Source: a virus
Lineage: Duplodnaviria > Caudoviricetes
IMG/VR virus record: IMGVR_UViG_3300017778_002626
Location: 1-33,977 of that record
Length of the DNA: 33,977 bases
Direction: 5' to 3' (one strand)
Below are positions 8,283 to 16,301 of this stretch, piece after piece. Position numbers and translations under genes: made by a program. Below the pieces are notes generated by a model, which saw only the letters and a list, made by a program, of their open reading frames with translations, ran no database searches and was not told the DNA's origin. Position 1 is the first letter of the stretch, and every line of letters begins with the position of its first letter.

Positions 8283-9790
8283 GCGCTGGCCCCTGCTTGG
8301 AATTGGAGCGTCCGGGTCGGTGTCGATCCGCCCTTGTCGATGTGAACCAGTTCCATGCCGTAGTTGTTTGCTTCGGTTGGGACTTCGAAGCCCGGTTTCG
8401 GTATGAACTTGTTGTTCTTGAACGGTCGATAGTCCACCTGATGCTGCCAGCGGTTCCACTTGCGGACCACCTTCACAACGTCCGGGTGTTGCTCTCTGAG
8501 CGATTCCGCCATCTTCAGCCGCCCGTCCCCTTGGTAGAGTTCGTCGGTGTTGCCGCCTTTCATGGTCATGGTAGACACCTTTTCCGCCAGAAATGCGTTA
8601 AATAATACTGTACTCATGCCAGACTTTAAGACCCTCAGCGAAAGATCGGTATCCTCGTTGTAGCGTCCACGCCAGCGAAACGGAAGCGCGTTGTCAATCA
8701 GGATGCATGAGTAAATCCGAGTATTCAAAGTGCATGGTTTCATTTTTTGCTTTGCGACCGCAAGGAGTGCATATTGAAACCCAGCCAGTCCAACATTTGT
8801 AAACCTCTCGACGTAGTCCTCAGCGGCCCTGAAACACGTTCCGTCATTCATGCGTCGTTTACGGTTATCGTGCAGCCGAAGGAAGTGTCTAATATTGTCG
8901 TCCAAGATCCAGTGGCGTTCCGCTCCCTCGGAGATCGCATGTTCCCACACCCAATTTCGAGCAGGGATACCACCTTGCCCAAGGTTTGAAAACGGCAGCA
9001 CAAGAATCTTCGCAGGGTCGATCACTGCCGCATACTGCTCATACTCTTGCTCTTCAATAACGATCCTGTACGGAATTTTAAGTTCCTCTAACGCTTTACT
9101 CGTGAGCCTTGACTCTGCACGGCCTTTTGAGATCACGTAGACTGGGAACTTTGGATTCTGTGGGTCAATGGAGCTGTACTGGAGTGTAGCTGCACTGCCA
9201 TTTATCTGTTTTGGGTGCCAGATAAATTTAGTCTTGTCGGTTATAAGTTGCCCTGTGAGCGCAGCGAAGGCATCACGGTCAACAGAGTTCGCAAAGTGAA
9301 CCTGGACGGTCTGCCACGCGAGTTTATCTTCCTGCTCGAAATCAGGCATTCCAGTCCATTCCGGTTTGGCCGTTCCGTCGCCTTCCGGTTTCGTCCAGCC
9401 GGTCTCCCAGTCTGCAAACCCGGTCAGCGTCAGGTCGAAGTCCAGCGCCTTCAAGTCTCCAAACTCCAGAGCGAGCGCGTCCATATCCCAGTCGGCCCAC
9501 GCGACGGAGCGGTTCACCATCAGCCGGAATGCTTTTACCTGAGCTTCTGTCCAGGTATCGCACGCGATCACCGGCACCTCTGCCAACTTCATCTGAAGCG
9601 CAGCCTTCAGGCGCAGGTGTCCGTCGATTATCAGCCCGTCAGACTTGGCCAGCACTGGGATTGTGAACCCGTACTCTTTGATCGAAGCCACCATCTGGCC
9701 CACGGCCTTGTCGTTCTTGCGTGGGTTGCGCTCGTATGGCTCAAGCCGGTCTATCGGCCAGTACTCAATCTTTAGCGCCGGGTTCTGCTC
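7883..9790 (-). repeat. Diverged duplication of the ParB module (about 7883-8256 and 9418-9790)
   Basis: 126-aa segments AEQ...TGF differ at 12 residues by hand count; many synonymous DNA differences. Confidence 0.9.
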
Positions 9791-9811
9791 TGCGGGTTTG
9801 CGTTTCGCCAT
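8279..9811 (-). CDS. ParB/Srx N-terminal domain fused to a GREB1-like / TET-associated (TAGT) glycosyltransferase
   Basis: ParB motifs as in the next gene. C-terminal PVYVISKGR, PARNWVWEHA, HWILDDNI, NTRIYSCILIDN, RWRGRYNEDTDLSLRVLK, TMKGGNT, RWQHQVDY. Confidence 0.8.
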   Translation of the reverse strand: MAKRKPAEQNPALKIEYWPIDRLEPYERNPRKNDKAVGQMVASIKEYGFTIPVLAKSDGLIIDGHLRLKAALQMKLAEVPVIACDTWTEAQVKAFRLMVNRSVAWADWDMDALALEFGDLKALDFDLTLTGFADWETGWTKPEGDGTAKPEWTGMPDFEQEDKLAWQTVQVHFANSVDRDAFAALTGQLITDKTKFIWHPKQINGSAATLQYSSIDPQNPKFPVYVISKGRAESRLTSKALEELKIPYRIVIEEQEYEQYAAVIDPAKILVLPFSNLGQGGIPARNWVWEHAISEGAERHWILDDNIRHFLRLHDNRKRRMNDGTCFRAAEDYVERFTNVGLAGFQYALLAVAKQKMKPCTLNTRIYSCILIDNALPFRWRGRYNEDTDLSLRVLKSGMSTVLFNAFLAEKVSTMTMKGGNTDELYQGDGRLKMAESLREQHPDVVKVVRKWNRWQHQVDYRPFKNNKFIPKPGFEVPTEANNYGMELVHIDKGGSTPTRTLQFQAGASA

Positions 9812-9820
9812 CTGACTGTA

Positions 9821-9849
9821 AGAGTACTGGAAGCCGCCTGATTTGGCAA
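9821..9849 (-). promoter_or_regulatory. Putative promoter of the ParB-GT / ParB-MTase / terminase operon
   Basis: TTGCCA-17 nt-TACTCT, ending 9 nt before the ATG at 9811; no SD, so near-leaderless. Confidence 0.5.
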
Positions 9850-9899
9850 ACTGAAGACGTACTAACAGCTGATGAATGCAAGTAAATCATTAGCTATGC

Positions 9900-9969
9900 T
9901 ATTCTATGAATGTCAGGCAGGACCGGCGACCACCGGGCCAGCCGGGCAAGGCTATAGGAGGCCTAAACG
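9900..9969 (+). repeat. 70-bp direct repeat, copy 1 (-10 box, structured leader, SD)
   Basis: Identical to 10496-10565; contains TATTCT, hairpins CCGG-cgacca-CCGG and AGCC-gggcaa-GGCT, and AGGAGG. Confidence 0.95.
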
Positions 9970-9971
9970 CA

Positions 9972-10160
9972 ATGAACGCAGCATTCAAAGTATTCTGGAG
10001 CAACATGGGATGGTACTCGCAGGAGGAATTCGGCACGCTGGCCGATGCCCTCGCTTACGGCAAGTCGAAGTGCTTCGAGTTTGCCGTACACCACAACGAT
10101 AACGTGGTAGCCGCTTGGTCGGTCTTCGGTGGCACCCGGCACTATCAGGAGGTGCTGTAA
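9972..10160 (+). CDS. Small hypothetical early protein (62 aa)
   Basis: AGGAGG SD, ATG 9972 MNAAFKVFWSN...; TAATG overlap with the next gene. Confidence 0.7.
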   Translation: MNAAFKVFWSNMGWYSQEEFGTLADALAYGKSKCFEFAVHHNDNVVAAWSVFGGTRHYQEVL

Positions 10161-10459
10161 TGTCAAACACGACAAAAACAGGCCGCATCAGCAAAGATTT
10201 CAACAACGCGGGAACATTCAACATGGCCAAGATGAAGCGGGATTTTGCAGCCAAAATTGCAAAGTCTGCTTGTAGGTCGGTGAAGTATCGTGGCCACGTC
10301 ATCAACGGTGTTCCGGGTCGCAATTGGTTCGTCAGTGAAGCTGGACGCGATTGGCTGACGTTGTACACATCGATGGTTAAGGCCCAAGCTGCAGTTGATC
10401 GCTGCTGGGCTGTTCGCGCCATTATTGCTGCTGAATGTAGCAAGGCGGTGTCAGCATGA
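10160..10459 (+). CDS. Hypothetical early protein (99 aa)
   Basis: GGAGG SD, ATG 10160 MSNTTKTG... Confidence 0.65.
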   Translation: MSNTTKTGRISKDFNNAGTFNMAKMKRDFAAKIAKSACRSVKYRGHVINGVPGRNWFVSEAGRDWLTLYTSMVKAQAAVDRCWAVRAIIAAECSKAVSA

Positions 10460-10495
10460 TTTAGCATACCCCTTGCAGTAAATCATCAGTTATGA

Positions 10496-10565
10496 TATTC
10501 TATGAATGTCAGGCAGGACCGGCGACCACCGGGCCAGCCGGGCAAGGCTATAGGAGGCCTAAACG
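10496..10565 (+). repeat. 70-bp direct repeat, copy 2, with promoter TTGCAG-17-TATTCT
   Basis: Identical to 9900-9969; -35 TTGCAG at 10473-10478 and TGn extended -10. Confidence 0.95.
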
Positions 10566-10568
10566 ACC

Positions 10569-10751
10569 ATGACGACCAAATCACAAGCGATTAAGTTAGC
10601 TCAGATTGAGGCGCTTATCGAATCGACGAAACGCGAGTTTAATTATGCGTATGCTGACAGACCACTGCTTCGCGCCCGGCTAAAGAATCTTGACTTGCGG
10701 TACATGGAAGTTCGCAATACCGTGCTAAAAGATCGCAAGGTGGTGGCGTAA
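10569..10751 (+). CDS. Small hypothetical early protein (60 aa)
   Basis: Follows the SD of repeat copy 2. Confidence 0.65.
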   Translation: MTTKSQAIKLAQIEALIESTKREFNYAYADRPLLRARLKNLDLRYMEVRNTVLKDRKVVA

Positions 10752-10752
10752 C

Positions 10753-10980
10753 ATGATCGCCCCGGTAATGGCAAATACAACCCAAACAATCGCTCAGATT
10801 GCCACTGACATGGATAGGATTGCAGCACGCCGCGCCGATGTAAATCGGCTGACTGGCGCAAAACTTCACGCTTACAAGTTGCTTGAACTGCAATTAAATA
10901 TCGCGAAGGCCGCCGGTGACCCGGATTCCAGCTACACGGCAATTGCCGCGCAGCTCAAATTGGAACTGGGTGTAGCATGA
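10753..10980 (+). CDS. Hypothetical protein (75 aa)
   Basis: Tightly packed; ATGA overlap with the helicase. Confidence 0.6.
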   Translation: MIAPVMANTTQTIAQIATDMDRIAARRADVNRLTGAKLHAYKLLELQLNIAKAAGDPDSSYTAIAAQLKLELGVA

Positions 10981-13007
10981 CGTTTCCGGTTAACCGCGAC
11001 GGCATACGCTGGATCGTCACCATCCCCTACGCGCAGCGGGAACACGCGAAGTCTGCCGGGTTCTTGTGGTGTCCAGACCGCAAGCACTGGTGGACCAGCC
11101 GCGAGGAAGTCGCCAAGCTGCTGATGGACCCCGCCGCGCAAGCTGCGAAGAAATGCGAGTTTGAGCGCATTGGCAAAGAACGTGCCGCGCTGGTGGACGA
11201 ATCCCGCGCCGCATCTGCAGACGTTGAGCTTCCGGCCCCGGAAGGCTTGGATTACCTGCCATTTCAGAAAGCCGGTATTGCCAGCGCACTGAAACGTAAT
11301 AACGTTTTGTTTGGCGATGATATGGGACTTGGCAAAACCATTCAGGTGATCGGCATGATCAACGCCCGTCCCGACGTGAAACGTGTTCTGATCGTGTGCC
11401 CCGCGACACTGAAGCAAAACTGGATGCGCGAGTTGAACAAATGGCTGGTACGGAAATTCCGCATCGGCATCGCTACTGGTCAGAGCTGGCCCGGTGGTTA
11501 CGCCGATATCGTGATCATGAATTTTGACATTGCGACGAAGCACGCGGCGAAGATTCAAGGCGAACTGTGGGATCTGGTAGCGATTGACGAGGCTCATTAC
11601 CTGAAGAACAGGGAATCTAAGCGGACTCTGGCAATTTTCGGCATGGACCCCTATACCGCCAAACGTCAGAAGGTGGAGCCGTCGCCCGGCGTTCGTGGCC
11701 GCTTGCAGGTTGGTATGACTGGCACCCCGATTCCGAATCGCCCCAGCGAGGGTTTCGGCCTGTTCCACTGGCTGGCCCCGGATCATGAGACCTTCCGTAG
11801 TTTCTATTTGTACGCAAAGAAGTTCACCGGGTCGTTTCAGTTTCAAGGTGCAGGCTACGATCCGAACGGTGCGACGAACCTGGACGAACTCCAGCGGGAG
11901 CTTCGCGGGTCGATCATGATCCGCCGCACTAAAACGCAGGTTCTCACCGAGCTGCCGGCCAAACGGCGCGTGGTTATCGAGCTTGAGGCGGATTCAGCGT
12001 CTGACGCAATTGCTGACGAATCAGAGGCCGCAGAGTCCCACGAAGAAGAACTGGAGCGCCTACGGGCTGCCGTGGAGCTTGCGAAGGCCGAATCAGAGGA
12101 AGCGTATACCGCCGCCGTCGCAGCCCTGAAGAAAGGCGCATCGTTCGCGTTTACTGAAATGGCCAGGCTGCGGCATGAGACTGCGATGGCGACGTTACCG
12201 CACGCGGTTGAGCACGTTCTGACCGCCCTGAAGGCTGACGACTCGCACAAGGTAGTTGTCTTTTGTCACCATGGCGACGTGGCGGCCGGAATGCTTTCCG
12301 CGCTAGCAGACGAACAGATCGGCACCGCGTCTATTACGCAGAAGACGCCGATCATGCAACGTCAGGCTGAGTCCGACCGGTTCCAGAACGATCCCGACTG
12401 CCGAGTGTTCGTCGGCGGGATTCAGTCTGCCGGTGTCGGTATCACCCTCACCGCCGCGTGGCACGTCGTGTTTGTAGAACTCGACTGGGTGCCCGGCAAC
12501 ATGTCGCAGGCTGAAGATCGCTGTAACCGCATCGGCCAGCGTAATAGCGTGCTCTGTGAGCATCTGGTGATTCAGGGCTCCATCGCTGCCACGATGGCGA
12601 AACGGCTGGTATCAAAGCAAACCATCATTGATGCGGCTCTGGACCGTGAGCACCCGGAACGGCTGACACCAGAGCAAGTCGAGCTGATGGAAGCGCCAAT
12701 AGTTCCTGGACGGTCGGAAGCCGCAACGCAGGACACCCCGCGAACAAAGTACGCGAAGATCGCAGAGACGCTGACACCTTCACAGATTGCCGCCATACAC
12801 CAAGCCTTGCAAATGATTGCAGATCTGGACGGCGACCATGCGCGAGAACTCAACGGTATCGGGTTCAGCCGGTTGGACGGCATGATCGGTCACAGCCTAG
12901 CAAATTGCGAACGCCTCACGCCGAAACAGGCTGCTCTGGCTCAGACGCTGGTCCGAAAGTATCGCCGGCAGGTTCCAGACGCGCTGCTGACTGAATGTGG
13001 TCTATAG
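10977..13007 (+). CDS. SNF2-family (HARP/SMARCAL1-like) helicase/ATPase with N-terminal DUF5710-like domain
   Basis: GDDMGLGKT, DEAH, MTGTPIPNRP, AGVGITLTAA, QAEDRCNRIGQ; N-terminal IPYAQREHAKSAGFLWCPDRKHWW. Confidence 0.92.
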   Translation: MTFPVNRDGIRWIVTIPYAQREHAKSAGFLWCPDRKHWWTSREEVAKLLMDPAAQAAKKCEFERIGKERAALVDESRAASADVELPAPEGLDYLPFQKAGIASALKRNNVLFGDDMGLGKTIQVIGMINARPDVKRVLIVCPATLKQNWMRELNKWLVRKFRIGIATGQSWPGGYADIVIMNFDIATKHAAKIQGELWDLVAIDEAHYLKNRESKRTLAIFGMDPYTAKRQKVEPSPGVRGRLQVGMTGTPIPNRPSEGFGLFHWLAPDHETFRSFYLYAKKFTGSFQFQGAGYDPNGATNLDELQRELRGSIMIRRTKTQVLTELPAKRRVVIELEADSASDAIADESEAAESHEEELERLRAAVELAKAESEEAYTAAVAALKKGASFAFTEMARLRHETAMATLPHAVEHVLTALKADDSHKVVVFCHHGDVAAGMLSALADEQIGTASITQKTPIMQRQAESDRFQNDPDCRVFVGGIQSAGVGITLTAAWHVVFVELDWVPGNMSQAEDRCNRIGQRNSVLCEHLVIQGSIAATMAKRLVSKQTIIDAALDREHPERLTPEQVELMEAPIVPGRSEAATQDTPRTKYAKIAETLTPSQIAAIHQALQMIADLDGDHARELNGIGFSRLDGMIGHSLANCERLTPKQAALAQTLVRKYRRQVPDALLTECGL

Positions 13008-13188
13008 CCGCGTCAGCTTTTTTTTGCGACGGATGGTCAGATACCCACTCTGAGCATCCGCCGCTTTCCAGTTTGTACAGCCCCCAGAACTGCGCCTGAT
13101 CGCGTTTGCACGGATCAGCACACACTACACCGCCATCGGTGCGTATCTCGCGCATCGGCAGGATGTAGTACGTGGTTTCAATTAGCAT
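12916..13188 (-). CDS. Hypothetical protein (90 aa), tail overlaps the helicase 3' end
   Basis: ATG 13188 overlapping the previous gene; last gene of the minus-strand run. Confidence 0.45.
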   Translation of the reverse strand: MLIETTYYILPMREIRTDGGVVCADPCKRDQAQFWGLYKLESGGCSEWVSDHPSQKKADAAIDHIQSAARLEPAGDTFGPASEPEQPVSA

Positions 13189-13372
13189 CGGCCTTCCGCT
13201 TTCCACGCTTCCACGCCCGGTCTGTGACACGAGCCTGCGCCCGTCGGCAGCCGTCGCCCCCGCAGGTTATCTGATTCTTATTTGCCCGCGTGAACGGCTT
13301 CTGGCAGTGCGGACACGTCCCGGTCCCGAAGTCGCGCCGCATCGCCATTCCCGGTGCATAATGCCAGTTCAT
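13178..13372 (-). CDS. Small zinc-finger protein (64 aa)
   Basis: CPHCQKPF...QITCGGDGCR; ATGA overlap. Confidence 0.6.
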   Translation of the reverse strand: MNWHYAPGMAMRRDFGTGTCPHCQKPFTRANKNQITCGGDGCRRAQARVTDRAWKRGKRKADAN

Positions 13373-13668
13373 ACCTGAGCTTGCCATTCCCGCCGCCGCG
13401 ATTGCGGATGCCCTACATTGCCGAGCATGGTGATTATCGTCGCGTGAGTGCGGGCCAACGCCAGCCCGATTGCAGGATACGAAAACCCCTCAGCCCGCAG
13501 TCTCAACGCAATCTCGCGCCGCGCTGCCATGAGGTCAGGGTATCGCCATGCTCCCCGGACCTGCGCTGGCGTCAGCCCGTGGCGTGCAGCCACTTCCGCC
13601 ACAACGTGTCGAGGGTTTACGGCTGCCCGCGAGTCGCCGGGTAGTGAATCGCATCGGTTTACTATCAT
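13369..13668 (-). CDS. DnaA domain IV-like (Bac_DnaA_C) HTH protein
   Basis: VVAEVAARHGLTPAQVRG...AARREIA...GFSYPAIGLALARTHATII. Confidence 0.72.
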   Translation of the reverse strand: MIVNRCDSLPGDSRAAVNPRHVVAEVAARHGLTPAQVRGAWRYPDLMAARREIALRLRAEGFSYPAIGLALARTHATIITMLGNVGHPQSRRREWQAQV

Positions 13669-14012
13669 CACTTCCCACCTCCCGCGCCCTCGAAGATGCC
13701 CTGGTACAGCGTCACCAGTTCGGTCCGGTTGATCCCGTGGTGGTCCCAGAAGTTCTTCCCCATGACGTGCTGGGAATCCGGCCCAGTCCGGTGATGATAG
13801 CCGCAGAGTGGAATGGTTTCCTGATCCCGGCATTTCTGCCCAAGTCCCCGGTCCCCGACGTGCGCCGCCTCAACGGCCCCCACGCAATCGCCGGTAGACG
13901 CCAGCACGCATTCACAACGTCGGATGAAGTCTAAGTACCTGGGATTCTGGACGGCTCCGCCAGCGCGGCGTATCGGCCTGTTACTGCTGCGTTTTAATGG
14001 TGTGCGTTTCAA
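13668..14012 (-). CDS. DUF968/Ref-like HNH-type nuclease
   Basis: YLDFIRRCEC...EAAHVGDRGLGQK...TIPLCGYHH...QH. Confidence 0.75.
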   Translation of the reverse strand: MKRTPLKRSSNRPIRRAGGAVQNPRYLDFIRRCECVLASTGDCVGAVEAAHVGDRGLGQKCRDQETIPLCGYHHRTGPDSQHVMGKNFWDHHGINRTELVTLYQGIFEGAGGGK

Positions 14013-14076
14013 TGTTCCCGCCCCTTCCTAGAGCGTCGGAGGTCTGGGAGTGAAGGTAGGAGCCAACGCCCCCAGA

Positions 14077-14274
14077 TCACTCCGAAGCAGGGATTCGAAG
14101 CCCCTGCCGTTCAAGTTCATCATGCACCAATACCGGGTGCCCGGTCAACAACAAATCTTCCGCGAAGTTATCGTTCACGGCCATCTCCAGACCGTGTTGC
14201 TCTGTGTGCCCTGCCAGTAGCAGCGTGACGCATCGGATCTGTTCGTCACGGCAGCGCTGAAGGTCTGCTGTCAT
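14077..14274 (-). CDS. Hypothetical protein (65 aa)
   Basis: Fills the gap in the same orientation as its neighbours. Confidence 0.45.
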   Translation of the reverse strand: MTADLQRCRDEQIRCVTLLLAGHTEQHGLEMAVNDNFAEDLLLTGHPVLVHDELERQGLRIPASE

Positions 14275-14300
14275 TTGATCATTTCAGGCCGTCGCATGTT

Positions 14301-14747
14301 TCACGCGAACACCGATGGCCGCGCCAGCCGCCGCGCTTCTGCTTCGATGGCTTCCTGCCGGTAGTGGACCGCCAGAGACGGCACAATCACCGGCCCAACG
14401 TTCGACGGTGCGGATCCATCGTGCCGGCACTTCCACGCTGCTGAGGTATCAAACTCCCCGTACACAATAATGTACCCGGAGCCGCCGCACCAGTTGCACT
14501 CCCGCGCCACGCTGATAATGATCTCGTCATCCGGCGTCTGCTGGCACATTTCGTAGATAGCCTGGACCGAGGGATAGAACTTCTCCTGCTCTCGCAATGC
14601 CTTCACCACCCGCGCCGCGTGGCCGATGCTTCTGGCGTTCTGTCTCAGTGAGTCTGTCCGCGCCTTAAGCGCTTCTTTGCTGTCCGGAAGTCCAGACATA
14701 CCAGAAAATCCGTGCATCGCCTCCCGCGCTGCTTTCAGGTCAATCAT
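14301..14747 (-). CDS. Replication-associated protein (possible helicase loader/inhibitor-like) with zinc finger
   Basis: Position after the initiator; FYPSVQAI motif and CNWCGGSG...KCRH. Confidence 0.5.
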   Translation of the reverse strand: MIDLKAAREAMHGFSGMSGLPDSKEALKARTDSLRQNARSIGHAARVVKALREQEKFYPSVQAIYEMCQQTPDDEIIISVARECNWCGGSGYIIVYGEFDTSAAWKCRHDGSAPSNVGPVIVPSLAVHYRQEAIEAEARRLARPSVFA

Positions 14748-15271
14748 CGGCCCGCCTCCCGCATTGCCCGTTCAATATCCGCTGCTGTGATCCGGTTTGC
14801 ATCAGTCAAATTCACCAGCGGGATACTTGGCACTCGAACCGGCTTCGTCCGCTTCATGTCCTTCGCCCGCGCCATCGCCTCGATTACCGGCCTGATACTA
14901 ACAGCCGCCGTCAGGTCATTCGCCGTGTCCCGTGGGCCCGCAATTTGCCGCACTGTCGCCCCGCCAAGTTGCAACGGTTCCGCGGGCTTCGCGCTGGGAA
15001 TTCCGTCGTTGAATCGTGGCAGTTGCGAGTACGCCTCAATCCCGTCTGCTGGTCGATGCCGGGAACAGAACACGGCCCGCATCTCCCGCGGCCCTTCCCA
15101 CTCGTTCCAGAGCTGGATGCAGCGCTTGGCCAGCCAGGCCACCTGCTCGTTCGTCTGCGCCATCTCGCACGCCATCAGCACGATTTCAGCCCGTGCCGTC
15201 TGGTCCGATGGAAAGAACTTGAGCACGGAAAGCCGCGCCATGTCTGCCGTCGCCTGTTTCGTGTCGATCAT
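14744..15271 (-). CDS. Hypothetical replication-associated protein
   Basis: ATGA-coupled to the initiator; N-terminus resembles the next gene. Confidence 0.6.
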   Translation of the reverse strand: MIDTKQATADMARLSVLKFFPSDQTARAEIVLMACEMAQTNEQVAWLAKRCIQLWNEWEGPREMRAVFCSRHRPADGIEAYSQLPRFNDGIPSAKPAEPLQLGGATVRQIAGPRDTANDLTAAVSIRPVIEAMARAKDMKRTKPVRVPSIPLVNLTDANRITAADIERAMREAGR

Positions 15272-16110
15272 AACCGCCCCTCATCGTACCGCTTCTGGAA
15301 TTCCCGCTCAACCGATTCCACAAAACCGAACTTTCCGTTACCGTTTTCGCCAGATCGTGGCATCGAGATAAACGGCAGCGCCGGTTCATCCTCCCACCGC
15401 CGCCCGCTAATCCACGTCGCCGGGTGTGGCCGCTTGTCTGGAGGTCTGCTGGTCAGGTCCGGAAGTTGCAGCGTCAGCGCCCGCAGAGCCGCCGCCCGAA
15501 GCTCTGGAGTTTTCAGCACGGCCCGCGCCGCCTTCAGGGCTGTAAGCTTTGCCTCTCTCCGGGGATAGATCGGCCAGAACTCCTGAGAGAACCAAACCTC
15601 CACCTGATCGATCACAGACACTGCGGCGGTTTTTGCCGCTGTTGGTGTGTGTGTTTTTGCTTTTGTATTTACTGGAAATGAAGACGGAGAAGAAGAGTTG
15701 CTATTTGGTTCATGTAAATCGTCAACCAAAAGTGAACCACCCTTCGTTTTTGGTTCGTGATTTGCTTCACGTCTGGTTGCACCTGAACGCTTACCACCTG
15801 CGCTGCTTTTCTCACGCCAAACCTCTTGTTTGCTACGTTCTGCGAGAAGCCTGTCGTTGTATATGCGCCCGTCTTCCTGTCGAAACTTCGCCCTGATAGT
15901 GGCTTCGCTTTTTGACCATGCTGAGCCAAGTCTAGACAAAGTCTGAAGCGCTCTGGAGTCGGCTGGAAGACCGCAATCTGGAGAAAGCCAAGCATGGCAC
16001 AAGAGGCGAATATATGCACCCTCTTCGGCTGATGTCATAAGAATAATGTCCATCGAAGAGAGCCAAGAATCCGGGTAGAATTGAAACGCTGGAGACTTGT
16101 ACGCCTTCAT
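15268..16110 (-). CDS. Phage replication initiator, DUF1376/YdaU family
   Basis: SPAFQFYPDSWL, EEGAYIRLLCHAW, GLPAD, IYNDRL; C-terminal EFWPIYPRREAK, HPATWISGRRWEDE. Confidence 0.82.
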   Translation of the reverse strand: MKAYKSPAFQFYPDSWLSSMDIILMTSAEEGAYIRLLCHAWLSPDCGLPADSRALQTLSRLGSAWSKSEATIRAKFRQEDGRIYNDRLLAERSKQEVWREKSSAGGKRSGATRREANHEPKTKGGSLLVDDLHEPNSNSSSPSSFPVNTKAKTHTPTAAKTAAVSVIDQVEVWFSQEFWPIYPRREAKLTALKAARAVLKTPELRAAALRALTLQLPDLTSRPPDKRPHPATWISGRRWEDEPALPFISMPRSGENGNGKFGFVESVEREFQKRYDEGRL

Positions 16111-16301
16111 CGCCGCAGACCTGCCAGCATGTAGCTCGTGACATCATGCGCCGCCTCACGGATCACGACGCGCAGCAGCCGCATCAGGTCGTTAATGAAT
16201 AGCTCCACATCCTCCTGTGGCGCGTGCTTCTCCACGAACGCCCGCACGGCGCGTATAGATGCTGTCTCTTCTGGCGCAGGTTGCGCCGTCTTGTTGGTCA
16301 T
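16107..16301 (-). CDS. Hypothetical protein (64 aa)
   Basis: GAGGT SD; ATGA overlap with the initiator. Confidence 0.6.
   Translation of the reverse strand: MTNKTAQPAPEETASIRAVRAFVEKHAPQEDVELFINDLMRLLRVVIREAAHDVTSYMLAGLRR

Noticed and set aside
8283-8459. N-terminal extensions in the ORF track (also 3957, 4753, 5562, 13833, 18215, 19034, 29557)
   Set aside because: They overlap upstream genes; later starts with ATGA/TAATG coupling or an SD fit the domain boundaries better.
7050-9811. ParB domains as a plasmid-prophage partition system
   Set aside because: No ParA and no HTH/dimerisation region; both are fused to modification enzymes.
9900-10565. 70-bp repeats as CRISPR, att sites or IS ends
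   Set aside because: Only two direct copies, they contain promoter and SD elements, and no cas, integrase or transposase was seen.
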